NCBI GenBank assembly: GCA_964016885.1
Contig: OZ024740.1
Span: 2,480,001 to 2,544,000 of the forward strand
Source: Eledone cirrhosa
Lineage: Eukaryota
Length of the DNA stretch: 64,000 nucleotides
Direction of reading: 5' to 3'
Shown: positions 25,247-39,661 of the stretch, piece by piece
Layout: the number at the start of each line of letters is the position of its first letter
How positions within the stretch are numbered: the first letter of the stretch is position 1
Notes under the pieces: generated by a model
What the model was told of the DNA's origin: nothing
The model's database searches: none
The model's input: only the letters and a program-made list of their open reading frames with translations
Made by a program: the position numbers and the translations under genes

Positions 25247-26179
25247 ACCAACAGAAAATGTATAAATACTACCATATAACATTGACAGTCGGCTTTCATG
25301 ATGATTTCCTTCCAATGAAACGGTTCTAGTCCTGTAGAAGCAATTTCTATATTAAAAATGTATACTCTATGCATTGAGTACCTTACTTACCGTGGTTACC
25401 CCCGATTGAACCCAGGATAAACACACACACACACACACTCATGTACATAGAGACATTAAAAATATCAGAATTATACATATATATACACACACACTCTCAC
25501 ATATACATAAAAAATATCAGAATTATATATATATATATGTACACACACACACAACTTATACATTAAAACTATTAGAATTATATATATACACACACATACA
25601 TATACATTAAAGATATTAGAATTATATATATATATATATCTACACACAACCACACACTTTAGAAATATTAGAGTGGAGAGATGCTGTGCTGAATAGGACC
25701 TGTCCCACCCTTGCAAGGAGGGAAAAGCGGGCGTAAAATGATGATGATGATATATATATATAACAAAGGAAGTGTGGTAAGGAACCAGGTGGACCATAAC
25801 GCACCAGAGTACTCGATACTTTGTGTAGTAGAGTGGGTAATAGGAGAAGGTTCAGGATCCCGACGGCAGAGCTCAAGCCGTTTTGACGGTTATTTCTGGA
25901 CTAAATAGTCCAGAAATATATATATATATATATACAAATGAAAGTACAGCATATTCGAAGCTCGAGCTGCAACTAAGCCGACGAATGCCTTCAGCAGTGC
26001 AGCCAAGCACTCGACAAGGTATAGACCTCAGAGTAATAACATACAGTTTAAAGGGCTTTGCAAATTGAAGATAGCGACCGGCATATATATATATATATAC
26101 ACACACAGACACACATACATATACATTAGAAATATTAGAATTATATATGTATCTATCTATCTCTCTCTCTCTATATATG

Positions 26180-26579
26180 TATGTATAGTATATGTGGCAA
26201 TATACTGTATGTTTAATTAATAACATTTAGAAGACCATACGCTATCGGTTTTAAAGTAGTGACTATGTCACTTACTTCTTTTCGGTGAAAGAAGGGAGAG
26301 AAGCTGACAGTCTGTTTCATGCTGGTTGGCAATCATCAGAGCCACACACTCCCTGCTTTCGCCGAAAATTATAGAAGCTGGATTCTTATAGAATTCCAGT
26401 AATAATCAGGAGCTGATTACACAGAGCGATTGCCGGTCCAGCAAAAATTAGGTATTACGATTGGTGCTCTCAAATAGTATACTAAAGCTCTTCAAAATGT
26501 TTTAAATTAAACATACGGTATATTGCCAAATATACTATACATACATTCATATATACATCTCTATTTCAGAGCACCAATC

Positions 26580-26585
<6 letters not shown>
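26180..26585 (-). mobile_element. ORF-less HHR element with inverted end (related copy 43770-44220)
   Basis: Arms ~26181-26234 and ~26490-26545; HHR at 26302-26343 (-); the body matches 43955-44190 in the opposite orientation. Confidence 0.75.
26302..26343 (-). ncRNA. Minimal type I hammerhead motif
   Basis: GGCU-CUGAUGA-UUGCCAACCAGCAU-GAAA-CAGACUG-UC-AGCU. Confidence 0.8.
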
Positions 26586-26654
<69 letters not shown>

Positions 26655-27133
26655 CTGCTCCCCCGTTCTCTCTGGTTCTCTTACCTTCTTTCGCCCTCTC
26701 TGTCAGTTAACACTTTCTCTCGACTGACCTCTTCCTCGCACTTCCACTTACTCACTCTCTGTTTATCCCCTTCTCACTTCCTCCCGTTCGCTAGTAGTGG
26801 GGTTCCTTCTTTCTCACACCGCATTCACGGCGTACGGTCTGCTTCTCTGACCGCTCATGAAATTCACCCAGCTTATGTTGATCGGATAACTATCATGTTG
26901 CTTGCTGTTTTCCCAACCTTCGGTTTGCTTTTCCTTCTGTTGTTTATTTGTCTCACTCGCTTTACGCGTTTCACTTGTCCCAATAGCTTATTTTAGTTAT
27001 TGCTCGCACCAACCTGAGGTATCTGATTTTTAATGCGATGAAATACCAATGATGGTTGGCAAATCACTGATGAGGGACTAATTTTATAATATGTAATCCA
27101 TGTGCAACCATGCAGTATTCTTCTCCCCTTGTT

Positions 27134-27214
<81 letters not shown>

Positions 27215-27264
27215 AGTATGTATGTATACGTACATACATATATGTATACAGACGTACAGTAGCA

Positions 27265-27310
<46 letters not shown>

Positions 27311-27350
27311 TATACAGGTACACATACATATATGCACGCATCAGTATGTA

Positions 27351-27414
<64 letters not shown>

Positions 27415-27651
27415 TGCTACTGTACGTCTGTATACATATATGTATGTACGTATACATACATACTTACATTTAAGTAAGTGCCATACTAAGAGTGAGAAAT
27501 GAAATTTCGTTTTCATTTTATTTCAACTTATCGTTTTCGGTATGCCTGACCGATTTAACTCACTCAATATGCAAATTAGGCTGCTCAGCCGTTAATTTTC
27601 ATAAGGAAAGTATATACTTTCGAACGTTCAACTATCTGGCAGATGGGTATA

Positions 27652-27692
27652 CGGTGCTGATGATAGCTAACAAGCTTGAAACTAGTACATCG
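27652..27692 (+). ncRNA. Minimal type I hammerhead motif
   Basis: CGGUG-CUGAUGA-UAGCUAACAAGCUU-GAAA-CUAG-UA-CAUCG, with palindromic stem III ACUAGU. Confidence 0.85.
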
Positions 27693-27845
27693 TTCCTGTG
27701 TCAGTGTTGAACAAAAAGGTGACGTGGTTGCCTTAACACCGTATGGCATAAATTCAGGCTGTTCAGTTTGTTTACAAACGAACAAAGCGGCGTTATAATA
27801 AGCGTCCGCTAAACTGATGCGTGCATATATGTATGTGTACCTGTA

Positions 27846-28221
<376 letters not shown>

Positions 28222-28419
28222 TGCTACTGTACGTCCGTATACATATATGTATGTACGTATACATACATACTTACATATAAGTAAGTGCCATACTAAGAGT
28301 GAGAAATGAAATTTCGTTTTCATTTGATTTCAACTTATATATATACACATATACATATACATTAGAAATATTAGAGTTATATATATATATATATATAACT
28401 CTAATATTTCTAATGTATA

Positions 28420-28463
<44 letters not shown>

Positions 28464-28736
28464 GATATACATTAGAAATATTAGAGTTATATATATATAT
28501 ATATATATCTACACACACACACATACACACACATTAGAAATATTAGATTATATATATATATATATATCTACACACACACACATACACACACATTAGAAAG
28601 AGTTATATATATATACACACACATTAGAAAGAGTTATATATCTACCTACATCTGGGAATGATGACATTTCTGTTGGTCTCTGGTGTGAAGTGGGATAACT
28701 TTTAGAACTGAAAAGATAATAGTGATATGATTGTAC

Positions 28737-30030
28737 TGGTGATGGTGGTGGTGGTGGTGGTGGTGGTGGTGGTGGTGGTGATGGTGATGGTGATGATGGT
28801 GATGGTGGTGGTGGGTGTAAGGATGGTGGTGATGGTGATGGTGATGATGGTGATGGTGGTGATGGTGGTGGTGGGTGTAAGGATGGTGGTGATGGTGATG
28901 GTGATGATGGTGATGGTGGTGGTGGTGATGGTGGTGGTGGTGATGGTGTTGGTGGTGATGGTGATGATGGTGGTGGTGGGTGTAAGGATGGTGGTGATGG
29001 TGATGGTGATGATGGTGATGGTGGTGATGGTGGTGGTGATTGTGATGGTGATGGTGGTGATGGTGATGATGATGGTGGTGATGGTGGTGATGGTGGTGCT
29101 GGTGGTGATGGTGATGGTGGTGATGGTGATGATGATGGTGGTGATGGTGGTGATGGTGGTGATGGTGGTGATGGTGATGGTGATGGTGGTGATGGTGATG
29201 GTGATGATGGTGGTGATGGTGGTGATGGTGGTGATGGTGGTGATGGTGATGGTGGTCATGGTGATGATGATGGTGGTGATGGTGGTGATGGTGGTGCTGG
29301 TGGTGATGGTGATGGTGGTCATGGTGATGATGATGGTGATGATGATGGTGGTGATGGTGGTGATGGTGGTGATGGTGATGGTGATGGTGGTGATGGTGGT
29401 GATGGTGGTGATGGTGGTGATGGTGATGGTGATGGTGGTGATGGTGATGGTGATGATGGTGGTGATGGTGGTGATGGTGGTGATGGTGATGGTGATGGTG
29501 GTGATGGTGATGGTGATGATGGTGGTGATGGTGGTGATGGTGGTGATGGTGATGGTGATGGTGGTGATGGTGATGGTGGTGATGGTGGTGATGGTGGTGA
29601 TGGTGGTGATGGTGATGGTGATGGTGGTGATGGTGATGGTGATGATGGTGGTGATGGTGATGGTGGTGATGGTGATGATGGTGATGATGGTGGTGATGGT
29701 GATGATGGTGATGGTGGTGATGGTGATGGTGGTGATGGTGATGGTGGTGATGGTGGTGGTGGTGATGGTGGTGATGGTGGTGATGGTGATGGTGGGGGTG
29801 ATGGTGATGATGATGGTGGTGATGATGATGCTGATGGTGGTGGTGGTGATGGTGGTGGTGATGGTGGTGGTGATGATGATGGTGATGATGATGGTGGTGA
29901 TGGGGATGGTGGTGATGATGATGGTGGTAATGGTGATAGTGATGATGATGGTGATGATGGTTGCGATGATGATGATGGTGGTGGTGATGATGGTGATGAT
30001 GATGATGGTGGCGGTGATGATGATGATGAT
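28737..30030 (+). repeat. ~1.3-kb compound (GAT/GGT)n trinucleotide repeat
   Basis: Interleaved GAT and GGT triplets with three GGTGTAAGGAT interruptions. Confidence 0.97.
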
Positions 30031-30289
30031 AATAAGAAAGTAAATTCAATACATGTTTTGTGTGTTTCTGAAATAAACAAAAACAACAACAATTTATATA
30101 TATCATCATCATCATCACAAATAATACATGACAATATATGAATGTGTGTGTGTGTGTCTGTGTATATATATATATATATAGTACCAGAGAATTCTAGTAG
30201 CAATAATATCAATAGTAACAGCACTAATGAAATTAATAACAATGGGAACGACAACCATCATTACCCTAATGCTATCCCTAACAACCAGC

Positions 30290-31930
30290 ATCTACATAAC
30301 ATAGTAACCAGCAAGTAAACAACTGGAATAACTGTAACTGTAGAACAATTAGAACTTGCTCCTTAGGTAATAACTGCTTAATCAAAGACATCATTTACTC
30401 ATGCACAGTCAACACAAACAACTCTTCTAAAACATATAGCGGTTCTACTTCGAACTGCTTCAAGATGAGATATAACTCGCATCTTCACACTTTCAAAAAA
30501 CACAATCTAGCCAACTCCTAACTTATCTAACTACATACACTCTCTGATATCTAGGAATAGACCATATACACTTCAATGGGAAGTAATAGATAGGGCAGCA
30601 TCGTATAAACCACCGAATAAATTATGTAACCTCTGTCTTCTAGAGACCCGCACTATAATCTATTCTAAGCTAAACCTCTTAAATAGAAAATCAGAGATTT
30701 TTTCCATGTACCAGCATTACCACCGACACTCTTTCCACAACTTCAAACCTAACTGCTAATATATAACAATGTCAGATCTAGATTCCTCACCAACATTAAC
30801 ACTTTACCCCTAGGTTTTATCAGCATATAATTACCCCCACAGTATCACATTCTATGATCAGCTCATTCCTCTACTTACCTCCTGTTTATCTCAGATCTTA
30901 TACTCTACAATAACTATTAGGAATAAACATAAAGTTACCACCATTTAATATAACTACAATAACTTCCTTACTGATATTTTATTCATTTAATCAATATATG
31001 GGTAGGTAGTGATAAAATGAGACCTTTAAGGTATTTATATGGAAAAAAGATTGTATTTAAAAATTAAATAAATAAATATCATTATATAAAAGGATTCACT
31101 TATAACATAATATATTGTATATTAACACATAGAATTTAACTAATTGGAGTTGTAAACAACTATACAATTTTCTCTTATACACAAATTAATCACCAATTAC
31201 CTCCCCTTTCACATTAGCTCCCCTTGGTATAGATCTCTAATCACTTCCTGAAATTAAACCGTTAGACAGATCACTCCAGAAAAACTCAAACCCTTGATAA
31301 GATTGTAATAGGACCACTATACAATCCACAGTTTAAGCTATTAATAACCATTTACTAAAATATAACCAATGTAATGGAAAGGAAAACCTTGATATTAATA
31401 CTCACGACACATATACATTTGAACATTACCAGAACAATTATCACATTACATCCACCATAAACGTCATAGAAACTGATTTTCATACCCACGCATCTCTGTC
31501 TGCTTGCTTTTAGACCTGTATTGTATTATGTGATACCTTTGCCATACTGTGATATATATGCTTAGTACCATTACTTGTTTCTTACCTGGTTATTCTGTAC
31601 ATGCCTATTATATCTGCACTCTTTCTATACGCTTGCATATGTACCGCTAATGTCCTCGTTTTGCGAGTAACTTTCTTTTTTTATTTCCTCTATAATTGTT
31701 GTATTATTCTTTTATAATCTTTGTCGCATCCACTGATACTGACCACACCATCTTCACTCTTTAAATATGACACTGTTAATGACAACACTAACATCTACGT
31801 ATCTTTACGATTGTTCTGTGGAATAGGAGGTTAATTATATGTCTAAACTTTGCTAGTGCTCTGATGATTCCAAACGAAAGTTTGGAAGAAACGATTGTCA
31901 GCAATAAAATGTTTTGAACATAGTTTTGAT
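30290..31930 (+). mobile_element. Degenerate Naiad-like PLE 3' end with HHR
   Basis: 30325-30750 reads CLIKDIIYSCTV..GSTSNCFKMRY..WEVIDRAASY..CNLCLLE..LLNRKSEIFS; HHR at 31857. Confidence 0.78.
31857..31903 (+). ncRNA. Canonical type I hammerhead ribozyme
   Basis: UGCU-CUGAUGA-UUCCAAAC(GAAA)GUUUGGAA-GAAA-CGAUUG-UC-AGCA; perfect 8-bp stem II and a GUC triplet. Confidence 0.9.
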
Positions 31931-32406
31931 TATTCTGTAATTTATGGATGGAATTGGAAAAAAATGTCTTTAGATATGTATATATATGTATGTATGTAAA
32001 AGTTAAACAGAAATAACAACACAATCGGTACAGTATATGGAAGGTATATATATTTAGGCATAGAAAAAGATAAAGAGGAAAAAAAAAGAAAAAGTAGGAA
32101 AGAGAGAAGGGAAAAGAAAAGGGAGGAAAAAACAACAACAAAAAGACACAGTCCACGCTGTAATGTGGTTGTGTAGGTAACATGGTAAAAAGCTCCCAGT
32201 CCACACTGTAAATGTGGTTGGTGTTAGGAAGGGCATCCAGCCATAGAAAACCTGCCAGATAGTCCTATATGAGCGAGACACGGTCACCCGACTAATCTTA
32301 CCTCAAATGGGACAATTCCCGTCTAACCCATACTAGCGTGGAAGATAGCCGTTAAACGATCATGATGATGATGATACATACATACATGGATATATTTACG
32401 TATGTG

Positions 32407-32478
<72 letters not shown>

Positions 32479-32760
32479 AAACAACAACGGAAGGCCTGAC
32501 TGAAAGATTTACTTGAGTATTTTCATTCCACAAAATCACTATACTTATTTCGATGGCGCAGTTCTATCATCCGATTATGATGTAAGACTAGATGATTTCG
32601 TCAGGTGTTATTTGCAGAATTATGTGACAGGGTTACGTTGAACCCAAACATAGAAGGGAAGATAAGAGATAGAGAAAAGGGTAGAAGAGAGAAAATAGAA
32701 AATTTGATCTGGCGACAGCCTGCAAATATGATGTTATATCAATAGCAGACAGTCCTCGAA

Positions 32761-32826
<66 letters not shown>

Positions 32827-32832
<6 letters not shown>

Positions 32833-35436
32833 TGACCAACACATTTGACAGCAAGGACGAGCAAATAGAGACATACAATATAGAGGAGCAGTGGGAGTTC
32901 CTGAAAGATAACCTATTGAAGGCGACAGATGAAATCTGTGGTTGGAGTAGGTCTCTAGGGAGATGGAGAGTAACTTGGTGGTGGAATAGTAAAGTAGATG
33001 AGATAATTAAGGCCAAAAGACAGGCTTGGAAAGATTGGCAAAATGGGGGTAGTAGAGAAGTTTACAAGAAGGCTAAGAGAGTAGCTAGGCGACAAGTTTA
33101 CCTTGCAAGAAGTGAAGCAGAAAACAAAAAAATTAAGCATGTTTTGTAGCGTGAGGACCAAAGGTGTGAGGTGTTCAGGATCACAAGGCAATGTGTCAGG
33201 GAAAATCATAATATCAGTGAGGAGAAGTGTGTCCAAAATGATTACCTGAAAACTTCCCTCACTGGCGCTAAAAAGAACGTAGCATGGAAGTGCAACTATG
33301 AAAGATTACTGAATGAGGAGAATGCATGGGATAAAGACAGTCTGTCACATATTGACCCAACAAAGAGACTGACTGCACAAGTTAGCGGTAGTATAGTGAG
33401 AAGGATATGAAGTCGGACAGGGCAGCTGGCCCCTCATGGATAGTTGCTGAGATGCTGAAAACTTCCGATATGGTGGGCCACACCATAGTCTCTTGCATTG
33501 TAAACCAAGTCATACAGAATGGTGTCATACCCAATAACTACTGTAGCAGCATCATCATCAACAGCTACAAGAGCAAAGGAGATACTCTAGATAGAGAAAA
33601 CTATAGCCGCATTAAGTTGGTTGACCAGGTTATGAAGGTCACTGAAAGAGTCTTAACTCAACTGATTAGAGAACGTGTTAACATGAGATGTAGTTTGGAT
33701 TTATCCCAGGTAAGAGTACCAAAGATGCCCTTTTCCTTGTAAGACAACTGCAGGAGAAGTACCTAGCTAAGAGTAAGCCGCTCTACCTGGGGTTTGTCGA
33801 CCTTGAGAGAGCTTTTGACAGAGTCCCCCATTCCATTATCCGGTGGGCTCTTAAGAAACTAGGATTTGACGAATAGCTTGTGAGGGAAATTCAAGCAATG
33901 TATAGAAGAACAGCCAGTAAGGTTAGAATTAACAATGACTATAGTGAAGAATTTAGCATGCAGGTTGGTGTCCATCAGGGCTCAGTTCTTAGCCCTCTTC
34001 TGTTTATTATCATTCTGCAGGCAATAACGGAGGCATTTAAGACCGGCTTCCCATGGGAACTTCTGTATGCCGATGACCTAACCCTTATAGCCAAATCTAT
34101 AGATGAACTAGAGATGAAATTCCAAACCTAGAAGCAAGGCCTAGAATCTAAAGGTCTTAATGTCAACCTGGCAAAGACTAAAGTCCTAATAAGTAGAACG
34201 GGAAACAGGGCTCAGATATCCTCTGGGAAATGGCCCTGCTCAGTGTGCAGAAAAGGAGTAGATAGAAATTCCATTCCATGTACCAAATGCAAGCAATGGG
34301 TACACAAGAGATGTAGTGGGATCTCAGGCAGGCTAATAAAGAATGTAGGTTTTACATGTGGTCCGTGCCCAAGGGCAAGTAGCAAGTAGCAAGAACCCCC
34401 AGGATACAACCACCTTCAAATGCTCAGAGGGCTTGGTAGAAGTGGTAGATAGTTTCTGTTACCTGGGTGACCAAATCAGTAGAGGGGGAGGGTATTCTGA
34501 AAGCACAAGAACCAGAGTGAGATCGGGTTGGAGAAAGTTCAGGGAGCTACTACAGTTATTAACTACAAATGAAAGGAAGATTGTATGATGCATGTATAAA
34601 AACAACAATATTGCACAGCAGTGAGGCCTGGGCACTGTGTGCTGAAGACCTGTGAAGATTGGAAAGAAATGAAGCCTCCATGCTTCGCTAAATGTGCAAT
34701 AGCAATATACGTGAATGGCAAAGTATAAAAATATACTGCGTGAGAAATTAGGCATGAGAGGGATCAGTTGTTGCGAGCAGAAGAGGAGATTGCGTTGGTA
34801 TGGACATGCGATGCGTATGAAGGATGACAGCTGTATAATAAGGTGCAGAGCGCTCATAGTTGATGGTAGCCATAGTGTGGGCAGGCCTAGAAAGACTTGG
34901 GATGAGGTAATAAAAGCTGACGTTGCACAATTACACCTCTCAAAGGCAATGACTCAGGATTGCGACCTCTGGCACTATACAGTTTTACAGAAGACCTGCC
35001 CTCTAATATTCTCCGGCTGAAGCTTATACCTAGTATGCAATACCTTCCTCAACCTTCTCCCCTCACATCCACCTCCATTAGCGGTAACCATACTTCCCCT
35101 ACTACCCTGTCCATAATTTCCCCCCAAAGCTTCCCCCCTCCTCCCTAGTACCAAGACAAAAGTGCCCAGGCCCCACTGTAAACTGGTCGTGCTGTGTTGG
35201 TGACATGACAAAGGTACCCAGTCCACACTGTAAAGTAGTCATGTAGGTGTCACGACAAAAAGTGCCCAGTCCACACTGTAAATGTGGTTAGCGGTAGGAA
35301 GGACACCCAGCTGTAGAAACCAAATCAAAATCTGCTCCAGATGAGCTAAACATGGTCCTCAGACCTATTTTTTCCCTAAGTAAGGGTCAATTCATCCTAC
35401 CCATGAATGATGGACGCTAAACGACGAGGTTGATGA
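32827..35436 (+). mobile_element. RTE LINE (same family as 11417-14240), decayed
   Basis: TWWWN, GVHQGSVLSPLLF, YADD, WPCSVC, RWYGHAM; the 3' UTR carries the 48-bp-type units and (GAT)n. Confidence 0.93.
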
Positions 35437-35453
35437 TATATATATATATATAT

Positions 35454-37727
35454 ATAATATATAAGAACAAAAGATGGTTAAAAGAGTTCCATGTATTTTA
35501 TTATGCGTATTTCAAAAACAAATATCATCATGCAATAATATTTGTGTTTTCATCAGATAAAATAGGAAGACATGATATGAAGGTTAAAAAACACTTGTGG
35601 ATAGTGCAGTTTTAAATCAACATATGAAAAGTAGTTTTAGATTGATGTGTGATATTGGGAAAAATATATATTTTTTTAGGGGGGGGGGGGGTAAGGATGA
35701 AAAAGAAGAGGAAATGAGAGTAAAAAGTGGAGAGGGAGGAGTATAATGAGGAAGGATGAGATAGGAGGAGAGATAGGTGATAGAGAGAGAGAGATAGCTT
35801 TTATAACTGAGAGAAATATATTGTTTTACATAGAGAGGTTGAAAAACCGTTGGAAGATAATGCATAAATTAAAAGAATTTGAAAATTAACGAAGAGAAAA
35901 ATAATGTTAAGTTAAGGTTTGTATATTGAAGGGTTTAATAATATGTGCGATGAAAAGAAAATGTTAATATGTATTAAGAATAATATTTAAGGGTTTAATA
36001 ATATGTGCGATGGAAAGAAAATGTTGATATGTATTATTAAAAAGAACAACAAGTAATGTAAGTAAGGATATATTGTGAGATGAGCATGAGTAAGTTAGAT
36101 GAAAGGGAGAAAAAAATAATGAATTGAGGATGAATAATCTAACGTCAAAAAATGTTTATGTTTACGAAGGATTTTTGCAAGGTAATATAAAGTAAGAATG
36201 TATTGTATTGTGTAATAATTGTTTCTATGTTAGGCAACAGTGAGAAAAGGTACAGATTAGGGGTTAGACATTAAAAGAAAAAGAGAAGAAAGGGAAAATG
36301 AAGAAAGGGAAGTGATAAATAGGAGTGATATAGAATGAGTAACAAGTATTATATAATGTATAATAAATAACTTTGAAATAAGGTAGAACGATGGGTATAT
36401 TTTTAAAGAAGTATATATATATATGTGCCTTTGAGAAAAAGATTCTAAATTGATAAAGTTTTGGATATTAGCTGTATACTTTGTGGAATGTTTTGTGGAA
36501 TTTATGCAAGCAGAGAGAAAACAAGTCAGTGCGTCTATTTATTATAGAATCTAAATTAGATATAATGGTAAATTTTTCATTTAGACAGAGATTGCAAATC
36601 TTGGATAGAGAACTGTTCAAGTATGGAGACGCAGAAGAAACCTTTTTCCAAAAGATGCTATATTTAATATTTTTGTCTTTCAAGGACCATATGAGTTCTG
36701 AGAGAGCCGTGTTGGTTCTTTTAAGTTTGTATTTAAAAGACGAATGATGGTTATAAAGACGAGCTTTAAAGGAGGTGGAAGTGGAGCCAAAATAGTTGAA
36801 GGAATTGGTGTCAGTTATAACATTACATTCGTAAATTAAGTTTTTATCAAGACAATGGTTGTTGAGAGGACATTTATTTTTAACAGGGCAATTGCAATTG
36901 CGATTAGAGAGATTATTAACGAGTGACCTGGTGTTATCTATAGAAGGAATTGGATTGGAGAAGTTATTTGCGATAGGAATAATAGTTTCTTGATTTAGAA
37001 TGGGATTAAGAACATTTAGCGAAGTTGTGTTTGACGTTGTATTTGGGTTTGCAGAAATTAGCCTAGGGTTTACAATGACGTCGGGAGTACTATTACTATT
37101 ATTATGATATTCAGTGTTGGAAGGAAGAGATTTAGTATTTAGTATTTTATTGTTGTGTTTAGAGATAATGTTGGAAATGTTGGAGGATGTCGAATAGGAA
37201 AATGTTATAGTGTGTTTGTTAAATATTTTACTGTAGATATGTGAGGGAGGGAAGCATTTATTTAAGGCACTAAAGAATAATTTAGGAATATTATTATTAA
37301 TAGAGATGGAGAAAGGAGCATTATACCAGATTATGTTTTTGTATCTAGGTCTTTTATTAAAGTTATTGGAATGATCATGATTAATTATTCTACTGTAAGA
37401 TCTTCTAGAATTTGTTTCTTTACTATATTTGATTTTATCAGGATAGCCGGCTTTAGAAAGCGCGTTTACTCTCATCTCCTCTTCTTTTTCACCCCCCCCC
37501 CCTAAAAAAATATATATTTTTCCCAATATCACACATCAATCTAAAACTACTTTTCATATGTTGATTTAAAACTGCACTATCCACAAGTGTTTTTTAACCT
37601 TCATATCATGTCTTCCTATTTTATCTGATGAAAACACAAATATTATTGCATGATGATATTTGTTTTTGAAATGCGCATAATAAAATACATGAAACTCTTT
37701 TAACCATCTTTTGTTCTTATATATTAT
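35454..37727 (-). mobile_element. 5'-truncated Naiad-like PLE with ~270-bp inverted HHR pLTRs
   Basis: ORF 37464-36468 (IIWYNAPFS, CNCPVKNKCPL..C, YFGSTSTSFKARL, CNLCLNEK, CLH); arms 35454-35724 and 37465-37727. Confidence 0.92.
37617..37687 (+). ncRNA. Type I hammerhead ribozyme (inverted copy 35494-35564 on -)
   Basis: Stem I UAUUUUAU/AUAAAAUA, CUGAUGA, long AU-rich stem II, GAAA, palindromic stem III AUGCGCAU, AUA triplet. Confidence 0.88.
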
Positions 37728-37808
37728 GTATACTCCAGTCCTACAAACTGTAGAGTGCTTCTTATCCGATATCTGCATTGCTTTATTGTACTACAATAAA
37801 ACTCACCT

Positions 37809-37867
<59 letters not shown>

Positions 37868-38772
37868 AATTATATGAAGTGTGTATGTATGAGTATATGT
37901 GTATGTATATTACATATATATCGTATATGTATATGCACGCAAATATATGTATATATATATATCTGTATACCATTATCATGATATGTGTATGTATAGATAT
38001 ATATATGTATATGTATATTATGCTGGTACCACAAAACATCCAGCCCACACTGTAAAGTGACCATGTAGATGTCATGACAAAAAGCTCCCAGCTCACACAG
38101 TAAAGTGGACGCGTAAAAGACATGGTAAAAAGCACCCGGCAACACTATCAATGTGGTTGGCGTTAGGAAAGGCATCTAGTTGGTCTTTTGTCCAGAAAGT
38201 CCTAAAGATCCAGCCAGCGAGTCATCTGCACATTGTCACCACCCTCATGATGTGTGAAGAAAAAGATGCATCATCGCTCATGTCTATCCCCAGGTCTCGT
38301 ATCGATTTCGACACGGGGATTTCGATCCCTCCTGGTCCAGTGTAGCTGTGTTGTATTGTCTTTGTGTTTGCAGGTTTGTATTGTAGGGCTTGACATTTTC
38401 CAGCATTAAACTGCATGTTGTTGTCCTCATCCCATTTGTATATGGCATCCAGATCTGAAAAGGGCAGCATCAGCCGGCTTTTGATTGCCTGTGCTACCTT
38501 AGTGTCATCAACATAGCTAGTGAGGGATGTTGTATGTACTACAGCGGGCATGTCTGAAAGAGCCACCAAAAACTGTAGTGGTCCCAAGACCCTGGGGAAC
38601 CCCACTTGTTATTGATGTTTCCTTTGAGAGGGCCCCATTGGCTGCAACTGTCTGGTTTCTGTCTTTTAAGAAATCATGCAGCCACTCACCTACTTTTCCA
38701 GTTATGCCGAATCTGTGTAGTTTGTGACATATCATTTCATGGTCGACCTTGTCAAAGGCCTTCGCAAAGTCA

Positions 38773-39661
38773 AGATACATCACGTCTAGCAGTTGTTCCA
38801 GATACATCACGTCTAGTAGTTGTTCCAGATACATCACGTCTAGCAGTTGTTCCAGATACATCACGTCTAGCAGTTGTTCCAGATACATCACATCCAGCAA
38901 TTGTTCCAGATACATCACATCCAGCAGTTGTTCCAGATACATCACATCCAGCAGTTGTTCCAGATACATCACGTCTAGCAGTTGTTCCAGATACATCACA
39001 TCCAGCAATTGTTCCAGATACATCACATCCAGCAGTTGTTCCAGATACATCACATCCAGCAGTTGTTCCAGATACATCACGTCTAGCAGTTGTTCCAGAT
39101 ACATCACATCCAGCAGTTGTTCCAGATACATCACGTCTAGAAGTTGTTCCAGATACATCACGTCTAGCAGTTGTTCCAGATACATCACGTCTAGCAGTTG
39201 TTTCAGATACATCACGTCTAGCAGTTGTTCCAGATACATCACATCCAGCAGTTGTTTCAGATACATCACGTCTAGCAGTTGTTCCAGATACATCACGTCT
39301 AGCAGTTGTTCCAGATACATCACATCCAGCAGTTGTTCCAGATACATCACATCCAGCAGTTGTTTCAGATACATCACGTCTAGCAGTTGTTCCAGATACA
39401 TCACATCCAGCAGTTGTTCCAGATACATCACGTCTAGCAGTTGTTTCAGATACATCACATCCAGCAGTTGTTCCAGATACATCACATCCAGCAGTTGTTC
39501 CAGATACATCACATCCAGCAGTTGTTCCAGATACATCACGTCTAGCAGTTGTTCCAGATACATCACATCCAGCAGTTGTTCCAGATACATCACGTCTAGC
39601 AGTTGTTTCAGATACATCACGTCTAGCAGTTGTTCCAGATACATCACGTCTAGCAGTTGTT
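38773..39661 (-). repeat. 27-bp tandem array (~33 units) inside the CR1 RT
   Basis: Unit AGATACATCAC(GTCT/ATCC)AGCAGTTGTT(C/T)C encodes (EQLLDVMYL)n in frame with YLDFAKAFD. Confidence 0.95.

Noticed and set aside
28646-30254. Poly-His, Met/Val and extensin-like Ser/Pro ORFs
   Set aside because: Translations of a triplet microsatellite with no non-repetitive coding context.
32535-32578. HHR-like CGGAUGA...GAAAUAAGUAUA on the minus strand
   Set aside because: Core and stem I are broken; at most a decayed remnant.
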